IMG/VR virus record: IMGVR_UViG_3300029288_004944
Coordinates: 32,001 to 96,000 of that record
Length of the DNA: 64,000 nucleotides
Origin: a virus
Taxonomy: Duplodnaviria > Caudoviricetes
Direction: 5' to 3' (one strand)
Shown here: positions 38,099 through 48,718 of the stretch, in pieces
Layout: each line of letters opens with the position of its first letter
How positions within the stretch are numbered: the first letter of the stretch is position 1
Notes under the pieces: generated by a model
The model's input: only the letters and a program-made list of their open reading frames with translations
The model's database searches: none
What the model was told of the DNA's origin: nothing
Program-made: the position numbers and the translations under genes

Positions 38099-38919
38099 TC
38101 AGCACATGGCCTATGAATATCGATCATATTTCTTTGTTCATCATTCATTAATCCTGAATCCCTAATCAATTTCCACTTACAAGCCATATATGCCCTACTC
38201 TTAATTGTTAAATATTCATCTTTCATCTTCGCTACAGCAGGATCTTCTTTTGTTCTTGTACCATTAACAGCATCCCACTCAACACTCCATGAAACAGGGT
38301 ACATAGATTTAGGCAGAGCATTAAACTCAGCATACAACTTTTGAATACCTGCCAATTTACAAACCAAATACATATCACTATCATAAGACTGATACACTAT
38401 ACCACCATCAAAATAATCTACATCAGATTCAATCCTGTTACGAATCTCTTTATTAAATTCAACACCATCATTCAATTTTGGAATAACAACATCTTTAAAT
38501 CTATGGTAAAAATCACAAATAGACTTTATATGCACATCTTTCTCAATAAACCATCCATATGGAATATTAAAACAATACTTTCCCCAATCTTCTTGTGGTC
38601 TAAACTCTCTTGCAAATTGCGTCCAGTCTTTTCTATTAGGACAAATATCCGAATCAAATACATACAACAAATTACTCTTAGATTGATTTATTCCGTAATT
38701 ATATGCCTCCGGAACTCCAAACCTACGTGGCAAATGTAATATCCTAATTCTTGGATCCTGCAATATTTTAAACCATTCTTGTGTCTGTGGCAACGCTTCA
38801 TTATCAAGAATAATCAACTCAAAATCCTCTGTAGTATTCTTAAATACCTGATCTACGCCATGCTTTAGCATATCCAAATCATTGTCGATCCACGAAAAAA
38901 GAGTAATAACACTAACCAT
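38035..38919 (-). CDS. GT2-like glycosyltransferase (family B)
   Basis: ELIILDN; FDSDI; YMACKW. Confidence 0.65.
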   Translation of the reverse strand: MVSVITLFSWIDNDLDMLKHGVDQVFKNTTEDFELIILDNEALPQTQEWFKILQDPRIRILHLPRRFGVPEAYNYGINQSKSNLLYVFDSDICPNRKDWTQFAREFRPQEDWGKYCFNIPYGWFIEKDVHIKSICDFYHRFKDVVIPKLNDGVEFNKEIRNRIESDVDYFDGGIVYQSYDSDMYLVCKLAGIQKLYAEFNALPKSMYPVSWSVEWDAVNGTRTKEDPAVAKMKDEYLTIKSRAYMACKWKLIRDSGLMNDEQRNMIDIHRPCAEWLEGYISMWENIKKEWRGII

Positions 38920-39830
38920 TATTTATCTCCTTTAGGATAATACCATTGTGATAACCCACACTTCCAATCGTGGCAATCTTCACACATATCTCCTTTAAAA
39001 ATGCCTCGCACTTGCTCATCCCTACGTTTCTTTAATTTATTCCATGCCTGCTGTATTGTCATATTCTTTATATTACCAACAGGATAATTACCACCCCAAT
39101 CAGCATCGCACTGTATTATATTCCCATTTGAATGTATTGATATAGTTCTCATAATCCAAGGACATGGGAATCTTTTTACTTTGGCATTTCTTAACTCACT
39201 CATTTTAACACCATTCTTTCCCCATTCAAGAGCACGCCTTACCTTAACTGTTGCACCATGTTCTGTCCAATACTTTATAAAATATTTTTCTTCATGCTTA
39301 TTTTTTTCCGAAACAATAAATTGCAATACAATCTCCGGATTTTTCCATTCTTTATACTCTTTTAATAATATAGCACTCTTAATATTGTAGTCAACTTCAC
39401 TAAAATCTCCACCACACCTAATCTTATTATATGTATCTTCTGTAAAAGCATCCACACCAATAATAATCTTATCAAGACCTACGTTGTGCAACTTAGAAAA
39501 TACATCATAGGACAACAACATTCCGTTCGTATTCAACGATACATTCTTAATCCCTGATTTTTTTGCACTCTCAACCATTTTTATAATTTTATCTCTAAGC
39601 AATAATGGCTCTCCCATAAGAGCCGGCCACAATATTGTATTAGGATGTTCTGCCACCTCTAAAACAATCTTATTATATAATTTCATATCTAACATTTGCG
39701 GTTTTCTTTTTAAATCTTTCTGAGGACAAATTGAACAATGCAAATTACAAGAATTGGTTGGCTCAACTACAACCATAGCAGGAAAATCATAATCCATATT
39801 CCAAGTATCAGGATACTCTATTTTTTTCAT
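38919..39830 (-). CDS. Radical SAM/SPASM-twitch protein
   Basis: CNLHCSIC; GEPLL; TNG; CPW..C..C..C. Confidence 0.9.
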   Translation of the reverse strand: MKKIEYPDTWNMDYDFPAMVVVEPTNSCNLHCSICPQKDLKRKPQMLDMKLYNKIVLEVAEHPNTILWPALMGEPLLLRDKIIKMVESAKKSGIKNVSLNTNGMLLSYDVFSKLHNVGLDKIIIGVDAFTEDTYNKIRCGGDFSEVDYNIKSAILLKEYKEWKNPEIVLQFIVSEKNKHEEKYFIKYWTEHGATVKVRRALEWGKNGVKMSELRNAKVKRFPCPWIMRTISIHSNGNIIQCDADWGGNYPVGNIKNMTIQQAWNKLKKRRDEQVRGIFKGDMCEDCHDWKCGLSQWYYPKGDK

Positions 39831-40768
39831 TTAACCCCCGTTTCCTTCAAAACTTTTGTATAATTATATCCCCACGAACGATACTTGCGATCCCTACAAT
39901 CTCTGCAAAAAGGAATATTATCCCACTTATTATTAATCATACTCTCTCTAATTTTAGTTAATTCTTTACCTACCCAAACATCATGCAAAGAAAGATCCTT
40001 TATATTGCCCATCACAACATTACTTGACATATCATAAAGACAAAACTTTATATTACCATTTACATCCACCTCTATTCTTTCAAAAGGATAGGGACAAACA
40101 TTTTCATTGTTTTCCATAATAGGCTCTTGATTATTTGAATCTCTTTCATTTAAGATGTCATACACCAGGTATTTACGTATTATCACATAATCCACACCAA
40201 AATCATACCAAAACTTTTCTATATCTTTAATCTTATCTTCCACCAATTTTTGGTTAATTACACTAACAATAACTCTTGTCTTTGAATTAATCTCTTTTCT
40301 TTTATTCAATACATATCGAATATTCTCTGTAAGATTCTTCCATTTAAGCCCAAGACGTATTTTTTTATACATTTCCTCATCCATTGCATCTACGCTAAAT
40401 TCTATTACATCAATATTATTTCCCAACAGCATATCTGCAACCTGAACACCAATACGAGATCCATTGGTTATAATCCCCACCCCGCAACCTTTTTGTTTCG
40501 CATAGCACACAAAAGCCGTGGCTGTAGGATGTAAGAAAGGTTCTCCACCACCGGTAATACGAATAAACGCTTTATGCTCAGCACACTCATCCACTGTTTT
40601 CTTAAAGAGATCGAACGTCATAAATCGTGTACCTGCCTTTGCATACTTATCCCTAAGCCCTGAATTCTGCTTTGCATAAGGACAATGAATACATTCGGCA
40701 TTACAGACATAACTTATGGGAATATGTACCATACTTGGAAAATCGGGGCTCTTAATTTCATAAATCAT
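39827..40768 (-). CDS. Radical SAM/SPASM-twitch protein
   Basis: CNAECIHC; GGGEPF; TNG; CPYPF..C..CRDC. Confidence 0.9.
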   Translation of the reverse strand: MIYEIKSPDFPSMVHIPISYVCNAECIHCPYAKQNSGLRDKYAKAGTRFMTFDLFKKTVDECAEHKAFIRITGGGEPFLHPTATAFVCYAKQKGCGVGIITNGSRIGVQVADMLLGNNIDVIEFSVDAMDEEMYKKIRLGLKWKNLTENIRYVLNKRKEINSKTRVIVSVINQKLVEDKIKDIEKFWYDFGVDYVIIRKYLVYDILNERDSNNQEPIMENNENVCPYPFERIEVDVNGNIKFCLYDMSSNVVMGNIKDLSLHDVWVGKELTKIRESMINNKWDNIPFCRDCRDRKYRSWGYNYTKVLKETGVK

Positions 40769-41475
40769 TTTCTTGTACTCCTTATTATATTTAGACTCTC
40801 CGGACCGCAGTTAAACAACAAATCTATAATAGATAAGTGTGATATAAAATCACCGTGCAACTGTGGATAAACCGGATGTATGTAATCCTGAAAATCAACC
40901 CTTATACCATTCTTTTCAAATAAACCAACATCAAGATAATTTTTACTTGCAGATGTAGCCAAATATCTATCGGCTTTGTGATATTGACATATCTTTAAAA
41001 GACGAACATTGCGATCTACATCATCTATACTATGATTCAATACCATTTCATAAGATCTTGAAAATTGTTTTACTTTATCCATACCTAAAACAAGACATAT
41101 CCATATTATCTGGCCAACCACCAAATCTTGAAGCATTATCCATTCATAATCTGTATACCATTTTTTGAATTCTAAAATTATTCTATCATAAAACTTAGAT
41201 TTTGAATAATTCTGTTTAATGGCTCCCACATGTTTATTTTTCCATTGCTTATCGTCATCTATTTCCACATCTTTAATTAATTGTCCAAAATTGTTCTTAA
41301 TTGGAACTGTAAGCCACTGCCATCCATCCTTAGTCTTAATCTTGTTCCTATTCCTCCACCCATGCTTATCATATTGAACCGTATCTAAAAATACAAACGT
41401 ATCGCACTGATCTATATAATCAAAATATCCTATCCATGGCAAATAACTTGGCTGTAATATACCTATTGTCTTCAT
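40765..41475 (-). CDS. WbqC-like protein
   Basis: QPSYLPWIGYF; WRNRNKI; YPQLHG; LSIIDLLFNCG. Confidence 0.9.
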   Translation of the reverse strand: MKTIGILQPSYLPWIGYFDYIDQCDTFVFLDTVQYDKHGWRNRNKIKTKDGWQWLTVPIKNNFGQLIKDVEIDDDKQWKNKHVGAIKQNYSKSKFYDRIILEFKKWYTDYEWIMLQDLVVGQIIWICLVLGMDKVKQFSRSYEMVLNHSIDDVDRNVRLLKICQYHKADRYLATSASKNYLDVGLFEKNGIRVDFQDYIHPVYPQLHGDFISHLSIIDLLFNCGPESLNIIRSTRK

Positions 41476-42188
41476 TCTTTTCTCCTATACAATAAACCTA
41501 TCTCTGTTTCATAGAAACCTGCGTCATTTATAATTTGATTAAAAACAACGGGATTGTTTATTATATCCGAATTTGATTGGACATGAATTGTATTTTTATT
41601 CACTCCTGTCCCACCAATATAAATATAATGATTACAATGACTTAATATACTTTTCAATGTTTCATCTGCTTTTGGAGTATGCTGTAATACTTGTTCACAA
41701 TAAATTATATCATAATTTTCTTTCAAAGGAGAATCTGTCAATACTAAAAATTTCATATCATATTTTAAAAACTTATAATAGGCTTGGATCATTTTAAATA
41801 ATGGAGTATTCAAATCAGCCAATGTAACCTTAAAACCTTTTTCATAAAAATTAATAGTTTTCCATCCTACACCACAACCATAATCAAGAAACGTCTCACA
41901 CTCTGAACCAACACACTTAATAACATCCCCATTAAAACAACCACAAGAATCAGATGTTCCCCTATATTCTTCTTGCTCTTTAAAAACTGTACCCTTACTA
42001 TAAATATCTGATGTCAAATAAAAATCTTCTATATTTTTTCCACCATAATCTTTCCATTTCTGCAGAGCATCATTGTATAAAGCGTTAAGACTTTTTGGTT
42101 TGTTCTTTTCCAAATCCCTCCAATACCGATATTCATCATTAGATATTTTCCAATATTCTCTTGCAAATTCATGTACTGTTTTATTCAC
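41472..42188 (-). CDS. Class I SAM-dependent methyltransferase
   Basis: FLDYGCGVG; YDII..EQVLQH. Confidence 0.75.
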   Translation of the reverse strand: MNKTVHEFAREYWKISNDEYRYWRDLEKNKPKSLNALYNDALQKWKDYGGKNIEDFYLTSDIYSKGTVFKEQEEYRGTSDSCGCFNGDVIKCVGSECETFLDYGCGVGWKTINFYEKGFKVTLADLNTPLFKMIQAYYKFLKYDMKFLVLTDSPLKENYDIIYCEQVLQHTPKADETLKSILSHCNHYIYIGGTGVNKNTIHVQSNSDIINNPVVFNQIINDAGFYETEIGLLYRRKE

Positions 42189-42958
42189 AAAGGCATCCTC
42201 ACAATATGTCCTTTTTCTGATTTTAAAACTATTATAGACTCTCCCAACCTACATCTCATGCCGGGATAAGGAGACATTGCTCTAAGTAATCTATTATTTT
42301 TTTCTATTGGGCTTTTCGTGTTCATATAAGAATCTTCTATCGTTCTTTTTCTATTATAAGAAGCAAATCTCTCATCTTGAGGACAACACTTACACCCCCT
42401 TACAACCCTCCCAATAGATTTCGCCACCATCTTTCCGGCCAACAATGCTAATTTCTTACGCAACGTTCCATCTGTTTCATTTTTTGAAATATTTATTTCT
42501 TTTTGCGAAATCCAACTTCCAAAATCCGGTTTCTCACTTTCTATAAAATGAAATGTAACTCCCGTTGTTTCTTCTCCATTCAAGATTGCCCATGTAGTGG
42601 GGGTGGCTCCTCTGTATTTAGGCAACAATGATGGGTGAACATTAATGGTGCCTAATCTTGGAATCCATATAATATTCATAGGTATGATCTGATTAAAAGA
42701 AGCAACCACCATTAAATCAGGATTAAGATGACGAATTAATTCCAACGTATCGTTGGAATGAAGATTAAGACCTTCGTATAATAAAACTTTTTTCTTTGCT
42801 ACATCGCATAATTGGTTGCACTTATAATAGGGAAAATCTCCAACGGGGTGAGGCGGAGTAATAACAGCCACAACAGATATGCCTCTCATAGACATTAAGG
42901 ATTTAAATACCTCATTACCAAAACCTGTCATACCAAACAATACTACTCTTGTTTTCAT
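42185..42958 (-). CDS. Formyltransferase (Fmt-like, probably sugar N-formyltransferase)
   Basis: INVHPSLLPKYRGATP; TGVTFH; D.G. Confidence 0.85.
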   Translation of the reverse strand: MKTRVVLFGMTGFGNEVFKSLMSMRGISVVAVITPPHPVGDFPYYKCNQLCDVAKKKVLLYEGLNLHSNDTLELIRHLNPDLMVVASFNQIIPMNIIWIPRLGTINVHPSLLPKYRGATPTTWAILNGEETTGVTFHFIESEKPDFGSWISQKEINISKNETDGTLRKKLALLAGKMVAKSIGRVVRGCKCCPQDERFASYNRKRTIEDSYMNTKSPIEKNNRLLRAMSPYPGMRCRLGESIIVLKSEKGHIVRMPL

Positions 42959-43587
42959 TTATTCACCATAAAAAGAGATCTTAATGAATCATCTTTTCCT
43001 AAATTAGATACTTTACCCACACAACTCAAAATTTCTTCAACAGCATTGTTGTCACAGAATAAATCATTGAACCCTGATTGAAAATAAACAACATCTCCTA
43101 TGCGAACAACTTCTTTCAACATCTGTAAAGCATAATCCATATCTTTACCCCTTGTCAAGTGATGAAAAAGATTCATAAATAACACTATATCAGCACTCTC
43201 TTTAAAATTCTTAAAATACTCTAAATCAATAGATACATTCTTAGATTGAAGATCTAACCTATATTCAGAAGCAACAAGATTTACAATTTCAACCTTTTCT
43301 TTATTTATATCAAATGCAACCACTTTCGATCCTTTAAGAGCAAATAAATAACTAAAACAGCCAAAACTACACCCGAAATCAAAAACTTTTTTATCCTTCA
43401 CATTACCCATTGAATTTATAATCTTAGACTCACGTATAGAATGCTTTTGATAACCACTAAATCCTAAAAAAGGAACTTCTAATCCAATAGATTCTTTCTT
43501 ATCCGGAGTATTAGCATAATATTTTTCACAATATCCCAATATTTTATCTTTTATTATTTCAATTGTCATTTTAACCTTGGATTCCAT
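42955..43587 (-). CDS. Class I SAM-dependent methyltransferase
   Basis: VFDFGCSFG; DIVLFMNLFHH. Confidence 0.75.
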   Translation of the reverse strand: MESKVKMTIEIIKDKILGYCEKYYANTPDKKESIGLEVPFLGFSGYQKHSIRESKIINSMGNVKDKKVFDFGCSFGCFSYLFALKGSKVVAFDINKEKVEIVNLVASEYRLDLQSKNVSIDLEYFKNFKESADIVLFMNLFHHLTRGKDMDYALQMLKEVVRIGDVVYFQSGFNDLFCDNNAVEEILSCVGKVSNLGKDDSLRSLFMVNK

Positions 43588-44027
43588 TCTTTTAAAAACT
43601 CAGCAATATAATAAATATCATTTATTTCTTTTCGCATTCTTTCAAGGTCTTTATCTTGTATACTTTTCAACATAATATCTAACGACTTTCCAAGGTGATG
43701 AAATGTGCCCAAAACACCATCTATGGCCATCAATCTATCCCCAGGAGTATCTGCAACATCTAATTTCCACAACTCTACAATAATCATTTCATAAAAATGA
43801 TCAATACAGTACTGCAAATGATTTTCTCTTCCCTTAAAATTAGGAAATATTTTTTTAGATAACTCCAATATTTTTTCTTTATCATAATTTAAGAATTTAA
43901 TAGATAAAAAATCTTTTGTAAACCCATATAAAGACTCTTTTAACTTAACAGACAAAAGCCCATTAACATCTCCATCTATCTGACTTTGATAAAGTTTTTT
44001 AAAATCAAATAATCTTAGTTCATGCAT
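43566..44027 (-). CDS. Stand-alone helical domain homologous to a module of the 1135-aa polyprotein
   Basis: KKLYQSQIDGD / KL..A..P...L.A.D....T.H / I.DIY..AE.LK shared with ~8550-8930. Confidence 0.65.
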   Translation of the reverse strand: MHELRLFDFKKLYQSQIDGDVNGLLSVKLKESLYGFTKDFLSIKFLNYDKEKILELSKKIFPNFKGRENHLQYCIDHFYEMIIVELWKLDVADTPGDRLMAIDGVLGTFHHLGKSLDIMLKSIQDKDLERMRKEINDIYYIAEFLKEWNPRLK

Positions 44028-44761
44028 GATTTTATCCTCATTGATAAATCTTCTGCTTCAATATTTGGATTCCAATAATCAGGATGTTCCCTATCAATTG
44101 TTACCCCCATAATAAAAGGTAGATATTTAATTGAATACTTCTTTGCAATTTTTAACCAATAGTTATAATCTGCTCCGATTCTTCCCATTCGTTTATCTCT
44201 ACCACCTGATATATCAAAAGACCATTTACCAATATCCTCATATATTGCTCTTCTGTACATGACTTCCATATTTCCAAAATAATTCCCATATTTCAACAAA
44301 TAATCATAATCAACATCCTTTCTATTTGTAGCCCCAATAATTTCTTTTCTATTGGAATCTATATCACACAAAATAAAATCACCATACACAAGCCCAATAA
44401 GAGAATTGTTTTCTAAAAAATCTACACCAACCCTTATCTTTCCCTTACAAAACAAATCATCATCATCAAGATGAGATATATATTTACCCTTTGCGATCTT
44501 TAACCCATCATTTGCAGGCTCAACAGCATACTGCCCATTCTTTTGCTCTTCGGCTGCACTAATTTGTCGATTTATAAAATTTATTCTATCATCTTGTTTT
44601 TGTAATTTCTTGATTACATCCAATGTATCATCATCCGATTTATCATTAACAATAATTAATTCTATATTATTATAATCTTGATTTAATACACTACTTACAG
44701 CTCGTGGTAAAATCTTTGCCCTATTATATGTAGTCATAACCACACTTACACAAGGATTCAC
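44015..44761 (-). CDS. GT2 glycosyltransferase
   Basis: VSVVMTTYNR; NDKSDD; LDDDD; ADY.YW. Confidence 0.9.
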   Translation of the reverse strand: MNPCVSVVMTTYNRAKILPRAVSSVLNQDYNNIELIIVNDKSDDDTLDVIKKLQKQDDRINFINRQISAAEEQKNGQYAVEPANDGLKIAKGKYISHLDDDDLFCKGKIRVGVDFLENNSLIGLVYGDFILCDIDSNRKEIIGATNRKDVDYDYLLKYGNYFGNMEVMYRRAIYEDIGKWSFDISGGRDKRMGRIGADYNYWLKIAKKYSIKYLPFIMGVTIDREHPDYWNPNIEAEDLSMRIKSCMN

Positions 44762-45504
44762 TTTATCTCTCCATACATATCAGCCGGAGGCATATCTTTT
44801 ATTTCTCCTCTCTTCTGTTTATGCAACCATTCTCTATAAATCTTATATTTCTGAGTATTCTCCATTCCCAATATAGGATCTTCCATCAAACTATGGGAAA
44901 ACCAATCCTGATGCCAAGCCTGAATCCAACCTGCATCCGTTACCGGTATTCGATAAAAATCAAGCCAACCTGCTCCATTTTTATCATATGAAAGATTGGG
45001 GGGTATTTTAGTTACAGTAGATCTTATCATATTAATAAAACCCAAAGGAACTACACCATACTTATCTTTCACTATAACTATCCTATCATTCTCACGTAAA
45101 TACTCAAAAGGCTCTTCTCTCAAACATCTATCCATTATCCACCCAACTTTTGGCATATGATCTAAAATATCTTGAAATGGACAAATATAATCTTTCTCGA
45201 TATATGCATCACATGGAATAAATGTCTGAAATTCAAAATAATTATACTCTTTCCAAAAATCCAACATTATATCACCAAAGGGCTTATTAAATCCATTATA
45301 CTGAAACTTTACCTCAAATGGCAATGAATGTAAATATTCCTTATTTTGCTCCAACTGTTTCAAATATTCTTCTGTGCCATCTATTGATCCATTATCCATT
45401 ACAACACATAAATGATTAGTCTTTACATTATTAAAATAACCACACAAACAAGCACGTGTATACTCAACCCTATTAAAATTTACAATCAAAGATACATTTC
45501 TCAT
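44758..45504 (-). CDS. GT2-like glycosyltransferase (family A)
   Basis: FNRVEY; DNGSIDG; ENTQKYKIY. Confidence 0.7.
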   Translation of the reverse strand: MRNVSLIVNFNRVEYTRACLCGYFNNVKTNHLCVVMDNGSIDGTEEYLKQLEQNKEYLHSLPFEVKFQYNGFNKPFGDIMLDFWKEYNYFEFQTFIPCDAYIEKDYICPFQDILDHMPKVGWIMDRCLREEPFEYLRENDRIVIVKDKYGVVPLGFINMIRSTVTKIPPNLSYDKNGAGWLDFYRIPVTDAGWIQAWHQDWFSHSLMEDPILGMENTQKYKIYREWLHKQKRGEIKDMPPADMYGEIK

Positions 45505-46100
45505 TTAACCTCTCTTATCACTTCAAAAGCCTCAGCATATGGAGCATTTATCTGCAAACCTCTTGTTTGAGCAAGACCATATACAAATTGCTTTGCATTC
45601 TTAAAATAAGACCTATGAGCCTGAGACTTATATTGCTTCATTGCTTGTATCTTTTTATCAAGTTGGCTTTTCTTTAACACATAAAAACAATCAGTATCAA
45701 ATGTTTGATTATTCCAAGGCAATTCATATCCCAAAATTGTAGTTTCTTTAAACGCTCTGAAAGCCTCATTTCTCACCACTTCATGATCTTGATGAGTATC
45801 GTGAGAATTTGGCACAAAAACAAGATCATAATTATCCTTTGCTGCAACCACCATATAATCTAAAACTATTTGCCTTTCTTTGTCCAAATATCTTGGATCG
45901 GACACATTAAAACAATGACCATTATTAACACCAAACACCCTCACTGCATTTTCAAATTCTTCTCGAAATCCATAAGGTGGGAGAGTAAAAGCATAATAAT
46001 TTATATACCACCCTTCCTCTTTTAATCTTGCAATCGTACCTCCACAACCTATCTCCCCATCATCTGCGTGGGCTGCATAAACTATTGCTTTTCTTTTCAC
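45501..46100 (-). CDS. PIG-L/LmbE family deacetylase
   Basis: AHADDGEIGCGG; HQDH; YKSQ; AEAF. Confidence 0.9.
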   Translation of the reverse strand: MKRKAIVYAAHADDGEIGCGGTIARLKEEGWYINYYAFTLPPYGFREEFENAVRVFGVNNGHCFNVSDPRYLDKERQIVLDYMVVAAKDNYDLVFVPNSHDTHQDHEVVRNEAFRAFKETTILGYELPWNNQTFDTDCFYVLKKSQLDKKIQAMKQYKSQAHRSYFKNAKQFVYGLAQTRGLQINAPYAEAFEVIREVK

Positions 46101-46579
46101 ATTTTCTCCTTTGTTGCTCTCACTTCTATGCTATTAGTACCAAACTCGCCCGAAGATTTAATTACAAAACCACTTTCAAATATATCCTTTTTTAATCTTG
46201 ACAAATCAAATCCATTTTTTGCCGATAAATAAATATCGCCATGATTCATCAAACTAAAAATCGGCAATGTCCAATAAAACCATTTTTTATTATAATCTGT
46301 TTCCCCCAAAAACTGATGCATAGATTTAATCAAATCAGGAACCTGAACATAAAGAATGCCACCAAACTTAAGAACACGGTACCAATCTTTAAGAGATCGA
46401 AGCCATTCATCGTTTGTAAAATACTGAACAACATGGCTCGCAAAAATTTCATCCACTGTTTCATTACTAAACGGCAATGGTTTCGTTATATCTACACGAA
46501 GATCGGCTTTTTCACTATACAAATCTATATTTAAATAACCCTCTTTAATATCATTCCAACAACCTAAATTCAACTTCAC
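46097..46579 (-). CDS. Methyltransferase type 11
   Basis: KLNLGC; ASHVVQY; WYRVLKFGG. Confidence 0.8.
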   Translation of the reverse strand: MKLNLGCWNDIKEGYLNIDLYSEKADLRVDITKPLPFSNETVDEIFASHVVQYFTNDEWLRSLKDWYRVLKFGGILYVQVPDLIKSMHQFLGETDYNKKWFYWTLPIFSLMNHGDIYLSAKNGFDLSRLKKDIFESGFVIKSSGEFGTNSIEVRATKEKM

Positions 46580-47052
46580 TTTGTCACCTCCACCTGCATA
46601 CTTGCCTGACCTACATGGCGAGATGCAATCACTTTAAATCCCTCTTCTTCTAATTCTTTACTTAATTTCTCTATATCAAATCCGTTACGATGAAAATCAT
46701 ATTCATCCTTTTGGGCTCCATATATTGGCATAATTCTATAATTCCACTTACGTTCATGGTTCGGCTCATCAAGAAAATCTTTACACATTTTAGGAAAATC
46801 AGGACATTCTATAAACAATTTACCGCCAAATTTAAGAACACGGTACCAATCTTTCTTTACAACTTTCCACTCTTCTTTACTAAAATGCTCTATAACATGA
46901 CTTGCAAATATTTCATCAACAGAATTTACATCAAAAGGTAATGATTTTCGCAAATCAAGTTTTACATCTACATCTTCAACAGCATCTATATTAAGATAAC
47001 CCTCTTTTTTAATAGGACCACTACCTAAATTAAGTTTCATTATTTCTCCCAT
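46576..47052 (-). CDS. Methyltransferase type 11 (tandem paralogue)
   Basis: KLNLGSG; ASHVIEH; WYRVLKFGG. Confidence 0.8.
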   Translation of the reverse strand: MGEIMKLNLGSGPIKKEGYLNIDAVEDVDVKLDLRKSLPFDVNSVDEIFASHVIEHFSKEEWKVVKKDWYRVLKFGGKLFIECPDFPKMCKDFLDEPNHERKWNYRIMPIYGAQKDEYDFHRNGFDIEKLSKELEEEGFKVIASRHVGQASMQVEVTK

Positions 47053-47933
47053 TGCTTTCTAATCAGATAGGAATCTAATGACTCCTTACCTGCATAATGA
47101 TCCTGAGCATTATTTTTCCATTCATTATACAAGTTAATTACTTTATTCGCATAAAACAATCCTTCTTTTTTGCGATCTATATTCATATCTTTATACATAT
47201 CCGGCTCAACCTCTATTGCAGTATTAAGATTTCTTATTTTCTGACCATTGTAGATCTTATATTTTTCAGTATTCTCCAAATATAAAGGGCCTCTTTCCCC
47301 GCACCACTTAAGTTCCATATGAGATCTTCCTCTCTTATATCCTGTATTATCAATATCAATATAATGAAATGCCCTGCTTGCCAAACCACGATCCTTAATG
47401 TAGCCGGCCTTTTCAATCAAACAAGATCTCATTAAATTTAAAGATCCATCCATTGTGGCATTAATAATCATCACTCTCTTGCCTACCCTTTCAAATTCCT
47501 CTTTCGTTCCAGGGAAAAAACCTGTTTCATTTGAAATAATACCTATATCTTTAAACGTATCCATCATTTCTTCATTCCACTCTAACCACTGATAAGGCAC
47601 CATTACATCATCCATCCATTCTCCCAAAAACTCCAAATCCGGATGATCTGACATTGCTTGACGCCAAAAATGATTTAATGCCCCGCCCACATAGTAATTT
47701 TTATCTAAATGCATAAATTTTATTTCAAATGGTAAAGACTTTAAAAAATCTTGTCTACTCTCCAATTCTTTTAAAAACTCAGCAGTACCATCGGTAGAAG
47801 CATTATCAAGCAAATATAGATAGTGTGGCTGAGCAGTATTCACACAATAATATAAAAAACTTACAGCCGAATACTCAACTCTATTAAAGTTTATCATACC
47901 TACTGCACTTCTTATATTCTTGTCACCACTCAT
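47040..47933 (-). CDS. GT2-like glycosyltransferase (family A)
   Basis: FNRVEY; DNASTDG; MDDV; ENTEKYKIY. Confidence 0.7.
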   Translation of the reverse strand: MSGDKNIRSAVGMINFNRVEYSAVSFLYYCVNTAQPHYLYLLDNASTDGTAEFLKELESRQDFLKSLPFEIKFMHLDKNYYVGGALNHFWRQAMSDHPDLEFLGEWMDDVMVPYQWLEWNEEMMDTFKDIGIISNETGFFPGTKEEFERVGKRVMIINATMDGSLNLMRSCLIEKAGYIKDRGLASRAFHYIDIDNTGYKRGRSHMELKWCGERGPLYLENTEKYKIYNGQKIRNLNTAIEVEPDMYKDMNIDRKKEGLFYANKVINLYNEWKNNAQDHYAGKESLDSYLIRKQWEK

Positions 47934-48718
47934 ATTACATTCCCCTTCTTTAACATAGATTTAAATTCTTTCATATTCTCTTCGGCTGAAACAATACGAG
48001 CATCCATTGACATTTTATACATATCGGAATCTATTGGGACACCCTTATACAATAAACCAATCACTTGATTATAATAAATTTGATACTTTGGCGTACCAAA
48101 TAAATCTATTATGCTTGATCCACTTCCACACTGATCTGCCCCTATTTTGGCACACCCTATCTTATAGCCGCATTCTTTGATCTTTTCATATCCATGTTGC
48201 CAATAATCTGTACGCGAATTATAACCCATCTTTGGATATAAACTACGACGCAACAAATGTATGGGGGCATCTATCCAAGCATCCATTGCAACATTGCCGT
48301 TGGCTCCAAACACTTTATGATGTTTATCAAACCCATTATTGATATTAACAACGCCCAACGATGGCTCTTTTTCAAGTATATCTGTAAGGAATAATAACCA
48401 ATCTTTTGGCACTGCACACTTATCATTCACTGTGGCCATATACTCACACTTATCATCTGTTTTATTATATAACACATCAATGGCCATTCCGGGCTGACCA
48501 TTTTTAGATAAAAATTCAAAATATATCTTAAACGGCAATCTTCTCAAAAAAGTATCACTCATTAACATCTGCAAAAACTCTTTAGAACCATCATGAGAAT
48601 CATTATCTATTATATACAGATCATGTGGTTGCTGAGTATTTAAAAAATAATAAAATAAAGTTTCTCTCAAATATTCCACTTTATTAAAAGAAATAATACA
48701 AGAACTTATTTTTGCCAT
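47930..48718 (-). CDS. GT2-like glycosyltransferase (family A)
   Basis: FNKVEY; DNDSHDG; GTPKYQIY. Confidence 0.7.
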   Translation of the reverse strand: MAKISSCIISFNKVEYLRETLFYYFLNTQQPHDLYIIDNDSHDGSKEFLQMLMSDTFLRRLPFKIYFEFLSKNGQPGMAIDVLYNKTDDKCEYMATVNDKCAVPKDWLLFLTDILEKEPSLGVVNINNGFDKHHKVFGANGNVAMDAWIDAPIHLLRRSLYPKMGYNSRTDYWQHGYEKIKECGYKIGCAKIGADQCGSGSSIIDLFGTPKYQIYYNQVIGLLYKGVPIDSDMYKMSMDARIVSAEENMKEFKSMLKKGNVI

